Assembly: GCA_035717485.1 (NCBI GenBank)
Contig: DASTIQ010000071.1
Location: forward strand, 4,651-68,650
Source of the DNA: Thermoanaerobaculia bacterium
GTDB lineage: Bacteria; Acidobacteriota; Thermoanaerobaculia; UBA5066; DATFVB01
Direction of reading: 5' to 3'
Length of the DNA stretch: 64,000 nucleotides
In this document: in pieces, positions 9,735 to 19,304 of the stretch
Layout of the letters: each line of letters opens with the position of its first letter
Position numbering within the stretch: position 1 is the first letter of the stretch
Made by a program: the position numbers and the translations under genes
Notes under the pieces: generated by a model
Seen by the model: only the letters and a program-made list of their open reading frames with translations
Databases searched by the model: none
What the model was told of the DNA's origin: nothing

Positions 9735-11780
9735 TTGACACCGTTCTCCCTCTTCGGCGCCTCGCGGCGCGCGCTCGCGGAGGCCGTTTCCCGGGCCGTT
9801 GCGGAGGCCTTCGGAACACCCCCGGCCGCGGTCGAGCTCGAACGGCCGGCCAATGCCGCCCACGGCGATTACTCGACGACCGTCGCCTTCGATCTGGCGA
9901 AGGCGCTGCGCCGGCCGCCGCGCGAGATCGCGGCCCGGCTCGCGGAAACGATCGTGCTCCCGCCCGGAGTCGCGCAGGCGCGGGTGGAGGGCGCGGGCTA
10001 CGTGAACTTCCGCCTCGACCGTCCGAGCTTCATCGCGCGCTTCCTCGCCGAAGCTCCGGAGGACGCCGCCGGAACGGGAGCCGGCGACAAGGTGATCGTC
10101 GAGCACACGAACATCAATCCGAACAAGGCGGCCCACATCGGCCACCTGCGCAACGCGATCCTCGGCGACACGCTCGTCCGATGCCTCCGCGCCTCCGGGA
10201 CTCCCGTCGAAGTCCAGAACTACATCGACGACACCGGCGTCCAGGTCGCCGACGTGGTCGTCGGCTTCTGGGACCTCCGCCAGTGGAGCCTCGACCGGAT
10301 CCGCGCGGCGATCGCGGACCCGGCGAGCGCGGGGGCGCACTATCGCGCGTTCGGCGACGTCTGCTGGGACGTCTACGCGGAGGTCGGCCGCTGGTACGAG
10401 TCGGACGTCTCGACGAAGGGCCTTCGGAACGAAACCCTCCACGCGATGGAGGAGGGCGGCAACGCGCGCTCCGCCGCCGCCGCGATGATCTCGGAGGCGG
10501 TCGTGCGGGAGCACGTCGCGACCATGGGGCGCCTCGGCGTCGCCTACGATCTCCTCCCCCGCGAGTCCGACATCCTCGCGAAGCACTTCTGGACCCGGGC
10601 ATTCGATCTCCTCAAAGGACGCGCCGCCATCGCGCTCGAAACCGAGGGGAAGCACGCGGGGTGCTGGGTGATGCGGCTCACGCACTCGGAGGAATTCGCG
10701 GGCCTCGAGGAACCGGACAAGATCCTGGTCCGGAGCAACGGGACCGTCACCTACACCGGGAAGGACATCGCCTACCAGCTCTGGAAATTCGGGAAGCTCG
10801 GCCTCGATTTCGACTACGCGCCGTTCGCTCCCGACTGGAACGCGGGGCGCGGCGCGGGGGAATCGATCCCGGCCGACGTGCGTTCCCACCCCGTCTGGCG
10901 GACGGAAACCGGCGCGTCGGGCGAGCATCCCTCATTCGGCGGCGCGACGCGGGTGGTCAATGTGATCGACCAGCGGCAGTCGTATCCCCAGAAGGTCGTC
11001 CGCGAAGGGCTCCTCGCGCTCGGCTTCGAGGCCGAGGCGAACCGGTCGATCCATTTCGCCTACGAGATGGTCGCGATGACGCCGAAGTCGGTCGCGCGGC
11101 TCGCGGAGGAGTTCGGGGACGAGTACCGTCTCACGGACGACGATCGCGGAAAGGCGTTCGTCGAGATGTCGGGCCGAAAGGGCCTCGGCGTCAAGGCGAA
11201 CGACCTGCTCGAGCTGCTGGTCCGCGAAGCGCGGAAACGCGCCGTCGGGAACGAACTCGAAGCGCCTCCATCAGACGGCGCCTGGTTGTCCATTCCCGAG
11301 GCGATCGCGGTGGGCGCGCTTCGTTACTTCATGCTCAAGTTCGGCCGCAACAAGGTGATCGCCTTCGACTTCGACGAGGCGCTCAATTTTGAGGGGGACA
11401 GCGGCCCCTATCTCCAGTACTCGTCCGTCCGCGTCGAGAACATCCTGCGGAAGCTCCGCGACCGCAGACTTCCCGCGGACGTCGACGCCGCGGCGCTCGG
11501 CGAGGAGGCGTGGGAGGACGATCTCTGGGAGATTTTCGTCGAGACCGCGCGGATCGACGAGGTCGTCGCGCGCGCGGTCGAAACCCTCGAGATCGCGGCC
11601 GTCGCGCGCCACGCCTACGCGCTCGCCCAGGCGTTCTCGCGCTTCTACCACCGGCATCCGATCGCGTCGGAAGAGGACGCCCGGGTGCGGAACCGCCGGC
11701 TCGCCGCGGCCCTCGCGTTCCGGGCCGGGCTCGCGCGCCTGTTATCCCTTCTCGGAATTCCGTCGCCGGAAAAGATGTGA
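9735..11780 (+). CDS. argS: arginine--tRNA ligase
   Basis: Class I HIGH motif (NPNKAAHIGHLRNAILGD), KMSK-like EMSGRKG, and a C-terminal anticodon-binding DALR-like domain. Proposed TTG start at 9735 (LTPFSLFGASRRALAEAV). The part of ORF 9393.. upstream of this is antisense to yraN. Confidence 0.85.
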   Translation: MTPFSLFGASRRALAEAVSRAVAEAFGTPPAAVELERPANAAHGDYSTTVAFDLAKALRRPPREIAARLAETIVLPPGVAQARVEGAGYVNFRLDRPSFIARFLAEAPEDAAGTGAGDKVIVEHTNINPNKAAHIGHLRNAILGDTLVRCLRASGTPVEVQNYIDDTGVQVADVVVGFWDLRQWSLDRIRAAIADPASAGAHYRAFGDVCWDVYAEVGRWYESDVSTKGLRNETLHAMEEGGNARSAAAAMISEAVVREHVATMGRLGVAYDLLPRESDILAKHFWTRAFDLLKGRAAIALETEGKHAGCWVMRLTHSEEFAGLEEPDKILVRSNGTVTYTGKDIAYQLWKFGKLGLDFDYAPFAPDWNAGRGAGESIPADVRSHPVWRTETGASGEHPSFGGATRVVNVIDQRQSYPQKVVREGLLALGFEAEANRSIHFAYEMVAMTPKSVARLAEEFGDEYRLTDDDRGKAFVEMSGRKGLGVKANDLLELLVREARKRAVGNELEAPPSDGAWLSIPEAIAVGALRYFMLKFGRNKVIAFDFDEALNFEGDSGPYLQYSSVRVENILRKLRDRRLPADVDAAALGEEAWEDDLWEIFVETARIDEVVARAVETLEIAAVARHAYALAQAFSRFYHRHPIASEEDARVRNRRLAAALAFRAGLARLLSLLGIPSPEKM

Positions 11781-12068
11781 CAGCACGCCCGGCGCCCGCG
11801 GGGATGCGAAGCGGGCGAGCATCGGGGCCGTCGCGAGCAGCACTTTTCCGATCTTCCAGCCGCTCCGGACCTTCGTCCAGCGCATCAGGACCGCGGCGCC
11901 GAGCAGGAAGAGCCCTCCCCACTTGAGGGAGGCGCCCGCCGTTTCGACCCCCGCGACGGTTTCCGAGGAGATCCGGGCGGTCGCGCTCTCGAGCTCCCGC
12001 CACGAAGCGCCGAGGCGGACGCGTTCGCGATCGCCGGCCGCGACGAGATCTTCGAGATCGGCCTTCAC
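11742..12068 (-). CDS. hypothetical membrane protein (108 aa), third gene of the YtxH/holin-X cluster
   Basis: GTG at 12068 overlaps the TGA of the upstream gene (GTGA). Helical N-terminus followed by hydrophobic segments (GGLFLLGAAVLMRW, IGKVLLATAPMLARF). The last 39 nt overlap the 3' end of convergent argS. Confidence 0.45.
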   Translation of the reverse strand: MKADLEDLVAAGDRERVRLGASWRELESATARISSETVAGVETAGASLKWGGLFLLGAAVLMRWTKVRSGWKIGKVLLATAPMLARFASPRAPGVLSHLFRRRNSEKG

Positions 12069-12475
12069 GATTCCGGCCCCGTGAAAGCGTCGAAATCCCG
12101 GCGGAGCTCCTCCGCGGTGCGAGGGAACGAAGGACCCGCCATTCCCCGCCACGCCACGACGGCCAGACCGGCGGCCGCCAGCACGCACACGCCGAACACG
12201 GCGAAGATGGCCCCGACGAGCGTTCCCCACCAGGCATAGAGCGCGGCCACGAGTCCCGCGACGAGCAGGGCGGACGCGAGCACCGTCAGCGTCAGCGCGA
12301 CGACGAGCATCACGACGCGGAGGGCGGTTCCCTTCGCCCACGCCCCCGCCTCGCGGCGGAACATCTGCCATCGGAGGGAGGCGAGCGATCGGGCCGAGCG
12401 GGCGAATGCCGCAGCGGCGCGTTTCCAGTGACCCCAGCTTCCGGACGCCGGTTCCGGCGTCTCCGGTTCTTCCAC
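12065..12475 (-). CDS. phage holin family / Holin-X (holin superfamily III)-like membrane protein
   Basis: Two long TM helices (ALRVVMLVVALTLTVLASALLVAGLVAALYAWW, VGAIFAVFGVCVLAAAGLAVVAW) with the topology typical of the Holin-X family. The start is uncertain: GTG at 12475, or CTG at 12490 overlapping the upstream TGA. Confidence 0.55.
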   Translation of the reverse strand: MEEPETPEPASGSWGHWKRAAAAFARSARSLASLRWQMFRREAGAWAKGTALRVVMLVVALTLTVLASALLVAGLVAALYAWWGTLVGAIFAVFGVCVLAAAGLAVVAWRGMAGPSFPRTAEELRRDFDAFTGPES

Positions 12476-12486
12476 GGCGGCGTCGA

Positions 12487-12795
12487 TCAGTCGCGCGACG
12501 CGATCCCGGCCGCGATCACCGCGATCGCGGCCGCGCCGATCACCCATTTCCACGCCGACCGCCGGCGGTGCGGCCTGCCGGCGACCAGCGGAACGCCGTA
12601 CTCCTTTGCGAGGTGCACGCCGCGCTCCGCGGCGAGCGCCAGGAGGGCGGCCGCGTGCCGTTTCGCGTCGTCCAGGAGCTGTTCTCCGCGCGACACCGCC
12701 TCCTCCCGGAGAACTCCCCAGGACTCGGCGAAGTCCTCGTTTCCATCCTTCAGCGATTTCGACGCTTCGCTCAGGACCGCCTGCCAGGTGTTCAT
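12487..12795 (-). CDS. YtxH-like stress-associated protein with C-terminal membrane anchor
   Basis: 102 aa. Amphipathic helical N-terminal part (SEASKSLKDGNEDFAESWGVLREEAVSRGEQLLDDAKRH) and a C-terminal TM helix (WKWVIGAAAIAVIAAGIA). Confidence 0.5.
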   Translation of the reverse strand: MNTWQAVLSEASKSLKDGNEDFAESWGVLREEAVSRGEQLLDDAKRHAAALLALAAERGVHLAKEYGVPLVAGRPHRRRSAWKWVIGAAAIAVIAAGIASRD

Positions 12796-12925
12796 CGTGG
12801 CCTCCCCGGTCGCAACCGGCTTCTATCCTACTCCGGCCGGGCAGGGAGCAAAAAGAGCGCCACGGGAGCGGGCGCGTCGGCTGCTCCCCCGCCCCCGGGG
12901 CGCCCCTCGCCCGATTCGATCGGGA

Positions 12926-13246
12926 TCAAGACCGGGCCGGGGGTTCTCCGGCGCCGAGGACGGCGTCCAGGACGGAGATCGGGATCGCGCGCTCGGCCGC
13001 GGCCGCATCGGCGAGATCGACGGAATCGACCGCGAGCGCGACGAAATCCGTTCCCCTCCGGATCGCGACGGCGGCCTGCCGCGTCGACGGGTCTCGTCGG
13101 CCGGGGTCGACCAGCGCGAGGCGGCCCCGGGGCATCACGAGCTCACCCTCCCGAACCTCGCGGACGGGGGCGACGAAGCCGACTCGCTCCGCCGGAATGA
13201 AGTATTCGGTCCCGTCGACGCGAACGACGAGGCCGGCGGCGCTCAC
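12926..13246 (-). CDS. short CheW-like coupling protein
   Basis: 106 aa. CheW-like start [17 protein letters not shown] and a later FVALAVDSV block. Its GTG start overlaps the MCP stop (GTGA 13243-13246). The sequence is divergent and short. Confidence 0.5.
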   Translation of the reverse strand: MSAAGLVVRVDGTEYFIPAERVGFVAPVREVREGELVMPRGRLALVDPGRRDPSTRQAAVAIRRGTDFVALAVDSVDLADAAAAERAIPISVLDAVLGAGEPPARS

Positions 13247-15417
13247 GCGTCGGCCAGGCGGAACCGCGAGATCTCCCGCTCGAGCGCGTCGATCTCGGTC
13301 TGGAGCTCCTCGACCGCCGCGCTCACCGCGGACGCGGTCTGCGTGTTCTCTCCGCTCTGGCGGCGGACGCCCGAGATCAGCTCCACGAGACGGGCCGATT
13401 CGGCCTTCTGGCGCTCCGTCGAGGAAAGGACCTCGCGGATCCGCGCGAGCGTGCTCTCCGCCGCCTGCGCGATCGAGTCGCCGGCATTCTTCTGCTCGCG
13501 AAGAGCTCCCTTGATCGACGCGGAGCGTTCCCGCATCGACGCCACCGCGTTCTCGACGTGCCGCCCTCCCGCCTTCTGCTGGGAGATCGCGGACGCGATC
13601 TGCCCGATCTGCTCGCGGACCCGGTCGATCGCGGTCGCGACGCGGTGCGAGCCGTCGCTCTGTTCCGCCGTCGCGCGCGCGATCTCGGCGGCGGCCTCGC
13701 TCGCCTGCCGCGACCGCTCGAGAATCTTCCCGAGGCGCTCGCCGGCGCTCTGGGAGCGCGCGGATCCGTCCTCCACGCGGCGGACCAGCTCCTTGGTCGA
13801 ATCGGAGAGAACCGAGACCTCGTTCTGCATTCCGGAGAGCAGCTCGCCGATCTCCGACGCCCCGGCGGAGGCGCGCTCCGAGAGCGCGCGGATCTCGGCG
13901 GCGACGACCGCGAAACCCTTGCCCTCCTCGCCCGCCTGCGCCGCGAGGATCGCGGCGTTCAAGGCCAGGAGATGGGTCTCCCCCGCCACTTCCTCGATCA
14001 TCCGGACGATCTTCCCCACTTCGCGGGACCGTTCGCCGAGGGTCGTCATCCGCGCGGAGTCGGCCCGGACCGCCTCGCGGACGGCCGACATCGCGGAGAC
14101 CGTCTGCATCACCGCCTCCTGTCCCCCCTGCGCGTCGTGGGCCGCGCCCTCGGAGAGCTGGGCGCTCTTGCGGGCGCTCTCGCGAACCTGCCGGATCGAG
14201 GCGTCGATCAGCGTCATCGACGCCGCCGTCTCCCCGGCGAAGGCGCTCAGGCTCTCGACCGACTGATCGATCGACGCGATCGACTGGGCCATCTCCACCG
14301 CCGCCGTCGAGGTTTCTTCGATCGACGCGTGCAGGGCGTCCATGTGCTGGGAGACCTCCTCCAGGGACGCGGCCATCTCGAGGATCGACGAACCGGTCTC
14401 CTCCGCGGAGGCGGAGAGGTCCTCCATCCGCTCCCCGATCACGCGCGTGTCGCCGTCCGACTTCTCGATCGAGGCCGAGGCCTGGTCGACGATCTCGTTC
14501 TGCGCCTCGGCGCGGACCGCGACCGCCTGCGAATCGCGGCGGATCCCGCCGGCCACCTCGCGCACACGGCGCTGGCCCGAGAGGATCTTCCGGGCGATTC
14601 CGGCGAGCCCCTCCGCCATCGTGTTGAAGGATGCGGCGAGCACTCCGATCTCGTTTCGGTGCGGCGTCTCGATCCGACGGCTGAGATCCCCCGAAGCCAG
14701 ATGCTCGGCCGACCGGGCGATCAGCGTGAGGGGCCGGATCATCACGCGGGTCGCGACGACGATCGCCGCGACGCCGACGGCGAGCACGAGGAGCGTGAGG
14801 AGGATCCCTCCTCCCCAGAGCGTCCGTTTCACCTCGTTCCAGTCGTGGGAGTTCAGGACGACCCGCAGCGTGCCCACGATCGCCGTCCGCCGGAAGTTGT
14901 CCGCTTCGCCGCGATCCACCCCGGCCGCGACCAGAGCGTCGGTGCCGATGCGCCCGAGCTCGCCCCGGCTCGTCACGCCGAGGCGATCGAGCACCCGCGC
15001 GGCGGTCGGCGTGTCCGCGACCGGCGCCGAGAACAGGAACTCTCCTTCGGGGAGTCTTCCCGGCCGGACGAGCGCGGCCGGCCGCCGGGCGGGATCGCTC
15101 TGGCCGAGGAGCTTCCCGTCGGCGTCGAGGAACTCCGCGTAGTCGACCGCCGGGTTCAGGAGGAGCGACTGGGCGATGTCGCGCAGATTCGCTTCGAGCC
15201 GGAAGTCGAGGTAGTAGCCGCTGCCGGCGGCGGCGGTCTTCACGAGCGAGGTCCCCTCGCGCCGAAGCCGCCCGAGAAAGGCGCGCCGCGCGATGAGGTT
15301 GAAGAAGACCAGGTAGGCGATCGCGGAGAGGAAGAGGAGGAGCGTCACTCCCGCGACGAGCTCCGTCGTCATCGACGCGCTCCGGCCGCGGCGGGCGAAC
15401 GGGTCGACCGGGCTCAC
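13243..15417 (-). CDS. methyl-accepting chemotaxis protein (2 TM, periplasmic domain, HAMP, long signalling domain)
   Basis: HAMP ([22 protein letters not shown]...[15 protein letters not shown]). Highly conserved MCP hairpin tip ([39 protein letters not shown]). The start may instead be the ATG at 15372 (MTTELVAG). Confidence 0.9.
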   Translation of the reverse strand: MSPVDPFARRGRSASMTTELVAGVTLLLFLSAIAYLVFFNLIARRAFLGRLRREGTSLVKTAAAGSGYYLDFRLEANLRDIAQSLLLNPAVDYAEFLDADGKLLGQSDPARRPAALVRPGRLPEGEFLFSAPVADTPTAARVLDRLGVTSRGELGRIGTDALVAAGVDRGEADNFRRTAIVGTLRVVLNSHDWNEVKRTLWGGGILLTLLVLAVGVAAIVVATRVMIRPLTLIARSAEHLASGDLSRRIETPHRNEIGVLAASFNTMAEGLAGIARKILSGQRRVREVAGGIRRDSQAVAVRAEAQNEIVDQASASIEKSDGDTRVIGERMEDLSASAEETGSSILEMAASLEEVSQHMDALHASIEETSTAAVEMAQSIASIDQSVESLSAFAGETAASMTLIDASIRQVRESARKSAQLSEGAAHDAQGGQEAVMQTVSAMSAVREAVRADSARMTTLGERSREVGKIVRMIEEVAGETHLLALNAAILAAQAGEEGKGFAVVAAEIRALSERASAGASEIGELLSGMQNEVSVLSDSTKELVRRVEDGSARSQSAGERLGKILERSRQASEAAAEIARATAEQSDGSHRVATAIDRVREQIGQIASAISQQKAGGRHVENAVASMRERSASIKGALREQKNAGDSIAQAAESTLARIREVLSSTERQKAESARLVELISGVRRQSGENTQTASAVSAAVEELQTEIDALEREISRFRLADA

Positions 15418-15522
15418 GCGGAGCGCTTCCGGGCGGCCCGGTTCGGGCGGTCGCGGCGAAGCCGCCGGATCGGCGAGAGTCGGTTCACGGTCATTTCGCC
15501 CGGGCTCTTGGGGCCGAGGATA

Positions 15523-16515
15523 TCAGAGTTCGACGCGCGCCCCCTGGAGGTCGGGGGACGCCGCGAAGAGCGCGCCGCCCGGAATTTCGCCGAGCGCCCG
15601 GGCGATCCGCTCGCGCGCCGTTTCGGGCCCGAGGACGATCATCACGCCGCCGCCCCCCGCGCCGCACGCCTTGGCTCCCCAGGCCCCCGCGGCCGCCGCG
15701 CGGCGTTCCGCCTCCTCGAGGAGCGGGGTCGAAACGCGCGGAGAGAGGCGCTTCCGGAACGACCATTCCCTTCCGAGCGCCCGCCCCATCGCCTCCGGGT
15801 CTCCGGCGTCGAGCGCGGCGGCCATCTCGTCGGCGGCGTCGCGGATGCCGGCGAGAAGACCCGTCACCTCGGGATCACCGTCGATCCGGGCCTTGTAGAT
15901 TTCCCAGTTGTTGAGGCCGGAGGAGTGCGGTCGTCCCGAGTCGAAGAGGACGAGGGACCGCGCGAAGCGGCCGACGTCGGCGGGAACGCTCCGCATCGAT
16001 CGCGAGCCCGGGCCGTACCGGATCGCGTGGAAACCGCCGCGGAGCGCGGGGACGTAGTCCTGGGTCCCCGCCGGCCGGCCCAGCACCCGGGTCTCCACGT
16101 CGCGGCAAAGATCGATCGCCCGCTCCGCCTCGAGCTCGGCGCCGGCGAGCGCGCCGAGCGCGGAGACGGCGGCGACGAGGAGCGCCGACGAGCCGCCCAG
16201 CCCCGATCCGAACGGGACGGACGATTCCGTCTCGATCCGGATTCCGTCCGACATTCCGAGGGCGAGCGCCGCCTCGGCCGAGAGCGCCGCCGCGGAACCG
16301 CGCGCGTCCGCGGCGGAGGCGAACCGTTCCTCGGTGCCCAGGTCGCGCGACACGACCTCGAAACCCGAGGCGACCCGCGAGACGCGGACGCGCGCCCGTC
16401 GGTCGATCGCGAGATTGACGGTGATCGCGGGAGAGTGGAAGAGATAGAGCGGCCAGAGATCGAGAGTGCCGCCGGCGAGATCGATGCGCGCCGGCGCGGA
16501 AACGCAAACGCTCAG
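15523..16515 (-). CDS. GHMP-family sugar/metabolite kinase
   Basis: N-terminal motif SAPARIDLAGGTLDLWP, GHMP motif II (PFGSGLGGSSALLVAAVSAL), motif III (KACGAGGGGVMIV). No ATG/GTG/TTG lies near the conserved N-terminus. Candidates are CTG at 16515 (CTGA overlap with the anti-sigma stop) or GTG at 16602 (91-nt overlap). Confidence 0.75.
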   Translation of the reverse strand: MSVCVSAPARIDLAGGTLDLWPLYLFHSPAITVNLAIDRRARVRVSRVASGFEVVSRDLGTEERFASAADARGSAAALSAEAALALGMSDGIRIETESSVPFGSGLGGSSALLVAAVSALGALAGAELEAERAIDLCRDVETRVLGRPAGTQDYVPALRGGFHAIRYGPGSRSMRSVPADVGRFARSLVLFDSGRPHSSGLNNWEIYKARIDGDPEVTGLLAGIRDAADEMAAALDAGDPEAMGRALGREWSFRKRLSPRVSTPLLEEAERRAAAAGAWGAKACGAGGGGVMIVLGPETARERIARALGEIPGGALFAASPDLQGARVEL

Positions 16516-17096
16516 CGGATGCTCTCGGCGGCGACGAGGTGGCTCGCGGGGAAGAACTCGCCGGTCATCGCGACGTCCCCCTCCGGGAAAGAATCGGGGC
16601 ACGCTTCGCGATTGAGGAGGATCCAGACCTGGCCGTCCTCGGCGCGGAACGCCGCGAGGTGCGGTGAACCCTTCGTCTCGGGAATCGCGAGCTTCGGCTG
16701 GAGCGCGCAGCGAAGGCAGAAAATTTTGCCCCGGACGACCCGTTCCACCGGCTGCTCGGCGAGCACCGGCGCTCCCGGAGCGGGCTTCGTCAGCGAATCG
16801 GCGACGACGGGAATGACCAGGAGACAAAGGGCGGTCGCGCCGACGACCGGACGCCAGACACGCCGCCATGCCCGCGCCGGTCCCCTGCGCTGGGCGATCC
16901 TCTTCCGAAGCTCGACGGGGGCGCAGTCGCGGGGACTGCGATCCTTGAGGAGCGACCGGATCCGCCGGAAGCTCTCCAGGCGGAGCGCGCAGCGCTCGCA
17001 GCGCGCGAGATGCCCGGCGACCTCGAAGCGGTCACACTCCGAGAGCTCGCCGTCCAGGTAGGCATTCAGGAAAAATCGGGTTCTCGCGCAGTCCAT
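16512..17096 (-). CDS. anti-sigma factor (zf-HC2 type, single-pass membrane)
   Basis: N-terminal zinc-finger anti-sigma motif (CARTRFFLNAYLDGELSECDRFEVAGHLARCERC) and a TM helix (WRPVVGATALCLLVIPVVA). It lies downstream of the ECF sigma gene. Confidence 0.8.
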   Translation of the reverse strand: MDCARTRFFLNAYLDGELSECDRFEVAGHLARCERCALRLESFRRIRSLLKDRSPRDCAPVELRKRIAQRRGPARAWRRVWRPVVGATALCLLVIPVVADSLTKPAPGAPVLAEQPVERVVRGKIFCLRCALQPKLAIPETKGSPHLAAFRAEDGQVWILLNREACPDSFPEGDVAMTGEFFPASHLVAAESIR

Positions 17097-17214
17097 ATTC
17101 GATGAGAATCTCGCGGCGCCCGCGTCGCGACATTCTCCCTCAACAACCCGGAAAAATGGAGGGGTATTCCGCCGGGAGGGCGGGAATCCGCTGCCGGCAG
17201 GCTGCTTCCGGGCG

Positions 17215-17862
17215 CTACTTCCGGCTTTTGAGCCTCGTCCGGGCAGGGGTGGCGCCGCGCATGTAACCGTGCGTCCGGGCGAACCGCAATAGAGCTTTTT
17301 CCAGGAGCTTCCGTCCCCGGTAGAGCCGCGACATGACGGTTCCGACGGGGCATTCCAGGATCTCGGCGATCTCCTTGTACGAGAAGTCCTCGAGGTCCGC
17401 GAGGATCACCACCATCCGGTAGTCGGCGGGCAGCCCCTCGAGCGCCTTTTTGACGCCCTCGTCCATGACGCTCGCCAGGTACCGGGACTCCGGGTCCCGC
17501 GGCTGTTCGTCGGGATCGTGGCGAACGATCTTCTCGAACGAGTCCTCGATGTCGGAGAACTCGACGCTTCTCGGCTCCAGCTTCTTCTTCCGGTAATTAT
17601 TGATGAAAGTGTTCTTCAAGATCTTGAAAAGCCAAGCCTTGAGGTTCGTGCCTTCCTCGAACTTGTCGTAGTACTTGTACGCCTTGAAGAACGTCTCCTG
17701 GACGAGATCTTCGGCATCCTGGGAGTTGCCGGTCATCCGGTACGCCGTGTTGTAGAGCGAATCGACATAGGGCATCGTCTGGGAATCGAAATCCCAGGCG
17801 GTCGTCTCGAGCTTCGGAACGTCCCCTCTTGGCGAGTCAGAAGTTTTCACGAGATTCAACAT
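17215..17862 (-). CDS. ECF-type RNA polymerase sigma-70 family factor
   Basis: ATG at 17862 with GGAGG 7 nt upstream. Region 2 (DAEDLVQETFFKAYKYYDKF...KAWLFKILKNTFIN) and region 4 (LPADYRMVVILADLEDFSYKEIAEILECPVGTVMSRLYRGRKLL). Confidence 0.9.
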   Translation of the reverse strand: MLNLVKTSDSPRGDVPKLETTAWDFDSQTMPYVDSLYNTAYRMTGNSQDAEDLVQETFFKAYKYYDKFEEGTNLKAWLFKILKNTFINNYRKKKLEPRSVEFSDIEDSFEKIVRHDPDEQPRDPESRYLASVMDEGVKKALEGLPADYRMVVILADLEDFSYKEIAEILECPVGTVMSRLYRGRKLLEKALLRFARTHGYMRGATPARTRLKSRK

Positions 17863-18071
17863 GTTTTCCTCCAAACCCTGACCGGATCCTGGTGCAAGCG
17901 CCCTGCCCGGGAGCATCTCCCGAGGCCACCGCGGCCCCTCTCTTTTTAATCAATCAGTTAGGCGTTCTTCCGGGCCTCACCTGTATTACGAAAAACAGGG
18001 AAAAAACGTTTCACCGAAACTTTCGGCGACAAAAAGTCATCCGGAAGGGACAAGAAGGCGCTCTCTCCGGC

Positions 18072-18140
18072 GGGCAAAGAAAAGCCCCCGCCGCGGCGGG
18101 GGCGAGCTCCCGGGCGCCCCCTCTCCGCGTGGAGAGGGGG
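18072..18140 (-). terminator. tandem-hairpin intrinsic terminator after atpE
   Basis: On the minus strand, a 10-bp stem CCCCCTCTCC-ACGC-GGAGAGGGGG (18117-18140) is followed by an 8-bp GC stem GCCCCCGC-CGCG-GCGGGGGC (18084-18103) and then TTTTCTTTG. Confidence 0.7.
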
Positions 18141-18148
18141 GTGGGGGT

Positions 18149-18460
18149 CTACCGGCCCTGGATGGTGAAAGCGATCACGAGCGCGTAGATGACGAGCGAC
18201 TCGATGAGCGCCAGGCCGAGGATCGCCATCGTCCGGATCGCACCCGCGGCGCCCGGATTTCGAGCCATGCCCTCGCACGCGGCCGCCGTGGCCTTGCCCT
18301 GGGCGAACGCGCCGGCCGCCGCCGCGACGGCGATGGCGAACGCGGCACCGACGACACCCCACTTGACTCCACCGGTCTCCGGCGCGGTCCCCTGCGCGAA
18401 CGCGGGCGCCGCGGTGAGCGCCATCGTCGTCAGGATTCCGTAGAAAGCCTTTTTCGACAT
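18149..18460 (-). CDS. atpE: F0F1 ATP synthase subunit c with N-terminal signal-like extension
   Basis: C-terminal two-helix hairpin with loop GMARNPG and ion-binding Glu (LALIESLVIYALVIAF). AAGGAGA RBS. About 25 extra N-terminal residues ending AAPAFAQG. Confidence 0.9.
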   Translation of the reverse strand: MSKKAFYGILTTMALTAAPAFAQGTAPETGGVKWGVVGAAFAIAVAAAAGAFAQGKATAAACEGMARNPGAAGAIRTMAILGLALIESLVIYALVIAFTIQGR

Positions 18461-18506
18461 CGAACGAATCTCCTTTCTCTCCCTGTTTTCCCCGCGCGGG
18501 GCGTTT

Positions 18507-19265
18507 TCAATGTTCCTCGTGGGCGACCGCGCCCGCGATGTAGATCGTCGAGAGGATCACGAAGATGAAGGTCTGGAGGAGCGCGCCGATCAGCCCGAGC
18601 AGCATCATGGGCCAGGGAACGATGATCGGAACCATCCCGAAGAAGATTCCCGTCGCGAGGTGCTCGCCGCCGATGTTGCCGACCAGACGCAGCGAGAGCG
18701 AACCGATCCGGACGAACACGCTGACCATTTCGATGATGAACAGCACGGGACCGAGGGCGAGAATCGGCCCCATGAAGTGCCGGAGATACCCGCCCAGGCC
18801 GTGCTCGCGGATGCCCTGCGTGTTGAAATAGACGAACGACGTGATCGCGAGCGCGAGCGTCGTCTGGAAGGAGCCGGTGGGAGGCGTGAGGAAGAAAAAG
18901 AACCCCATCAGGTTCGAGATCAGGATGAAATAGGTGAACGCTCCGAGAAGGGGCAGATACCTCTTCGCCGCTCCGTGCCCCACGATGTCGTCGATGAGGT
19001 CGCGGAGCGCGAGGATGATCATCTCGTTCAGATTCTGGAACCATCCCGGACTCTTCTTGCGAAACCTGCGGCTGGCCAGCGGCAGGACCAGCGCGAGCGC
19101 GGCGAAGAGGAGGAACGCCATGATCACGTTGTCCTGGAGCCAGATCCTGCCGCCGTCCGGAAAGAGGAAAGTGCGCCAGCCCGGCGAAAGCCGGTCGACC
19201 GGCGGCGCGCCGAGCAGGGAAACGAGGAGCCGGTTCACCGGCCCGTACAGAAACGAGTGCTCCAT
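18507..19265 (-). CDS. atpB: F0F1 ATP synthase subunit a
   Basis: Conserved stator Arg region (SLSLRLVGNIGGEHL) and a multi-TM profile. It lies directly upstream of atpE. Confidence 0.9.
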   Translation of the reverse strand: MEHSFLYGPVNRLLVSLLGAPPVDRLSPGWRTFLFPDGGRIWLQDNVIMAFLLFAALALVLPLASRRFRKKSPGWFQNLNEMIILALRDLIDDIVGHGAAKRYLPLLGAFTYFILISNLMGFFFFLTPPTGSFQTTLALAITSFVYFNTQGIREHGLGGYLRHFMGPILALGPVLFIIEMVSVFVRIGSLSLRLVGNIGGEHLATGIFFGMVPIIVPWPMMLLGLIGALLQTFIFVILSTIYIAGAVAHEEH

Positions 19266-19304
19266 CAGACGTCGCCTTTGAAGTTCACGCTCTTCGCGCC
19301 TCGG

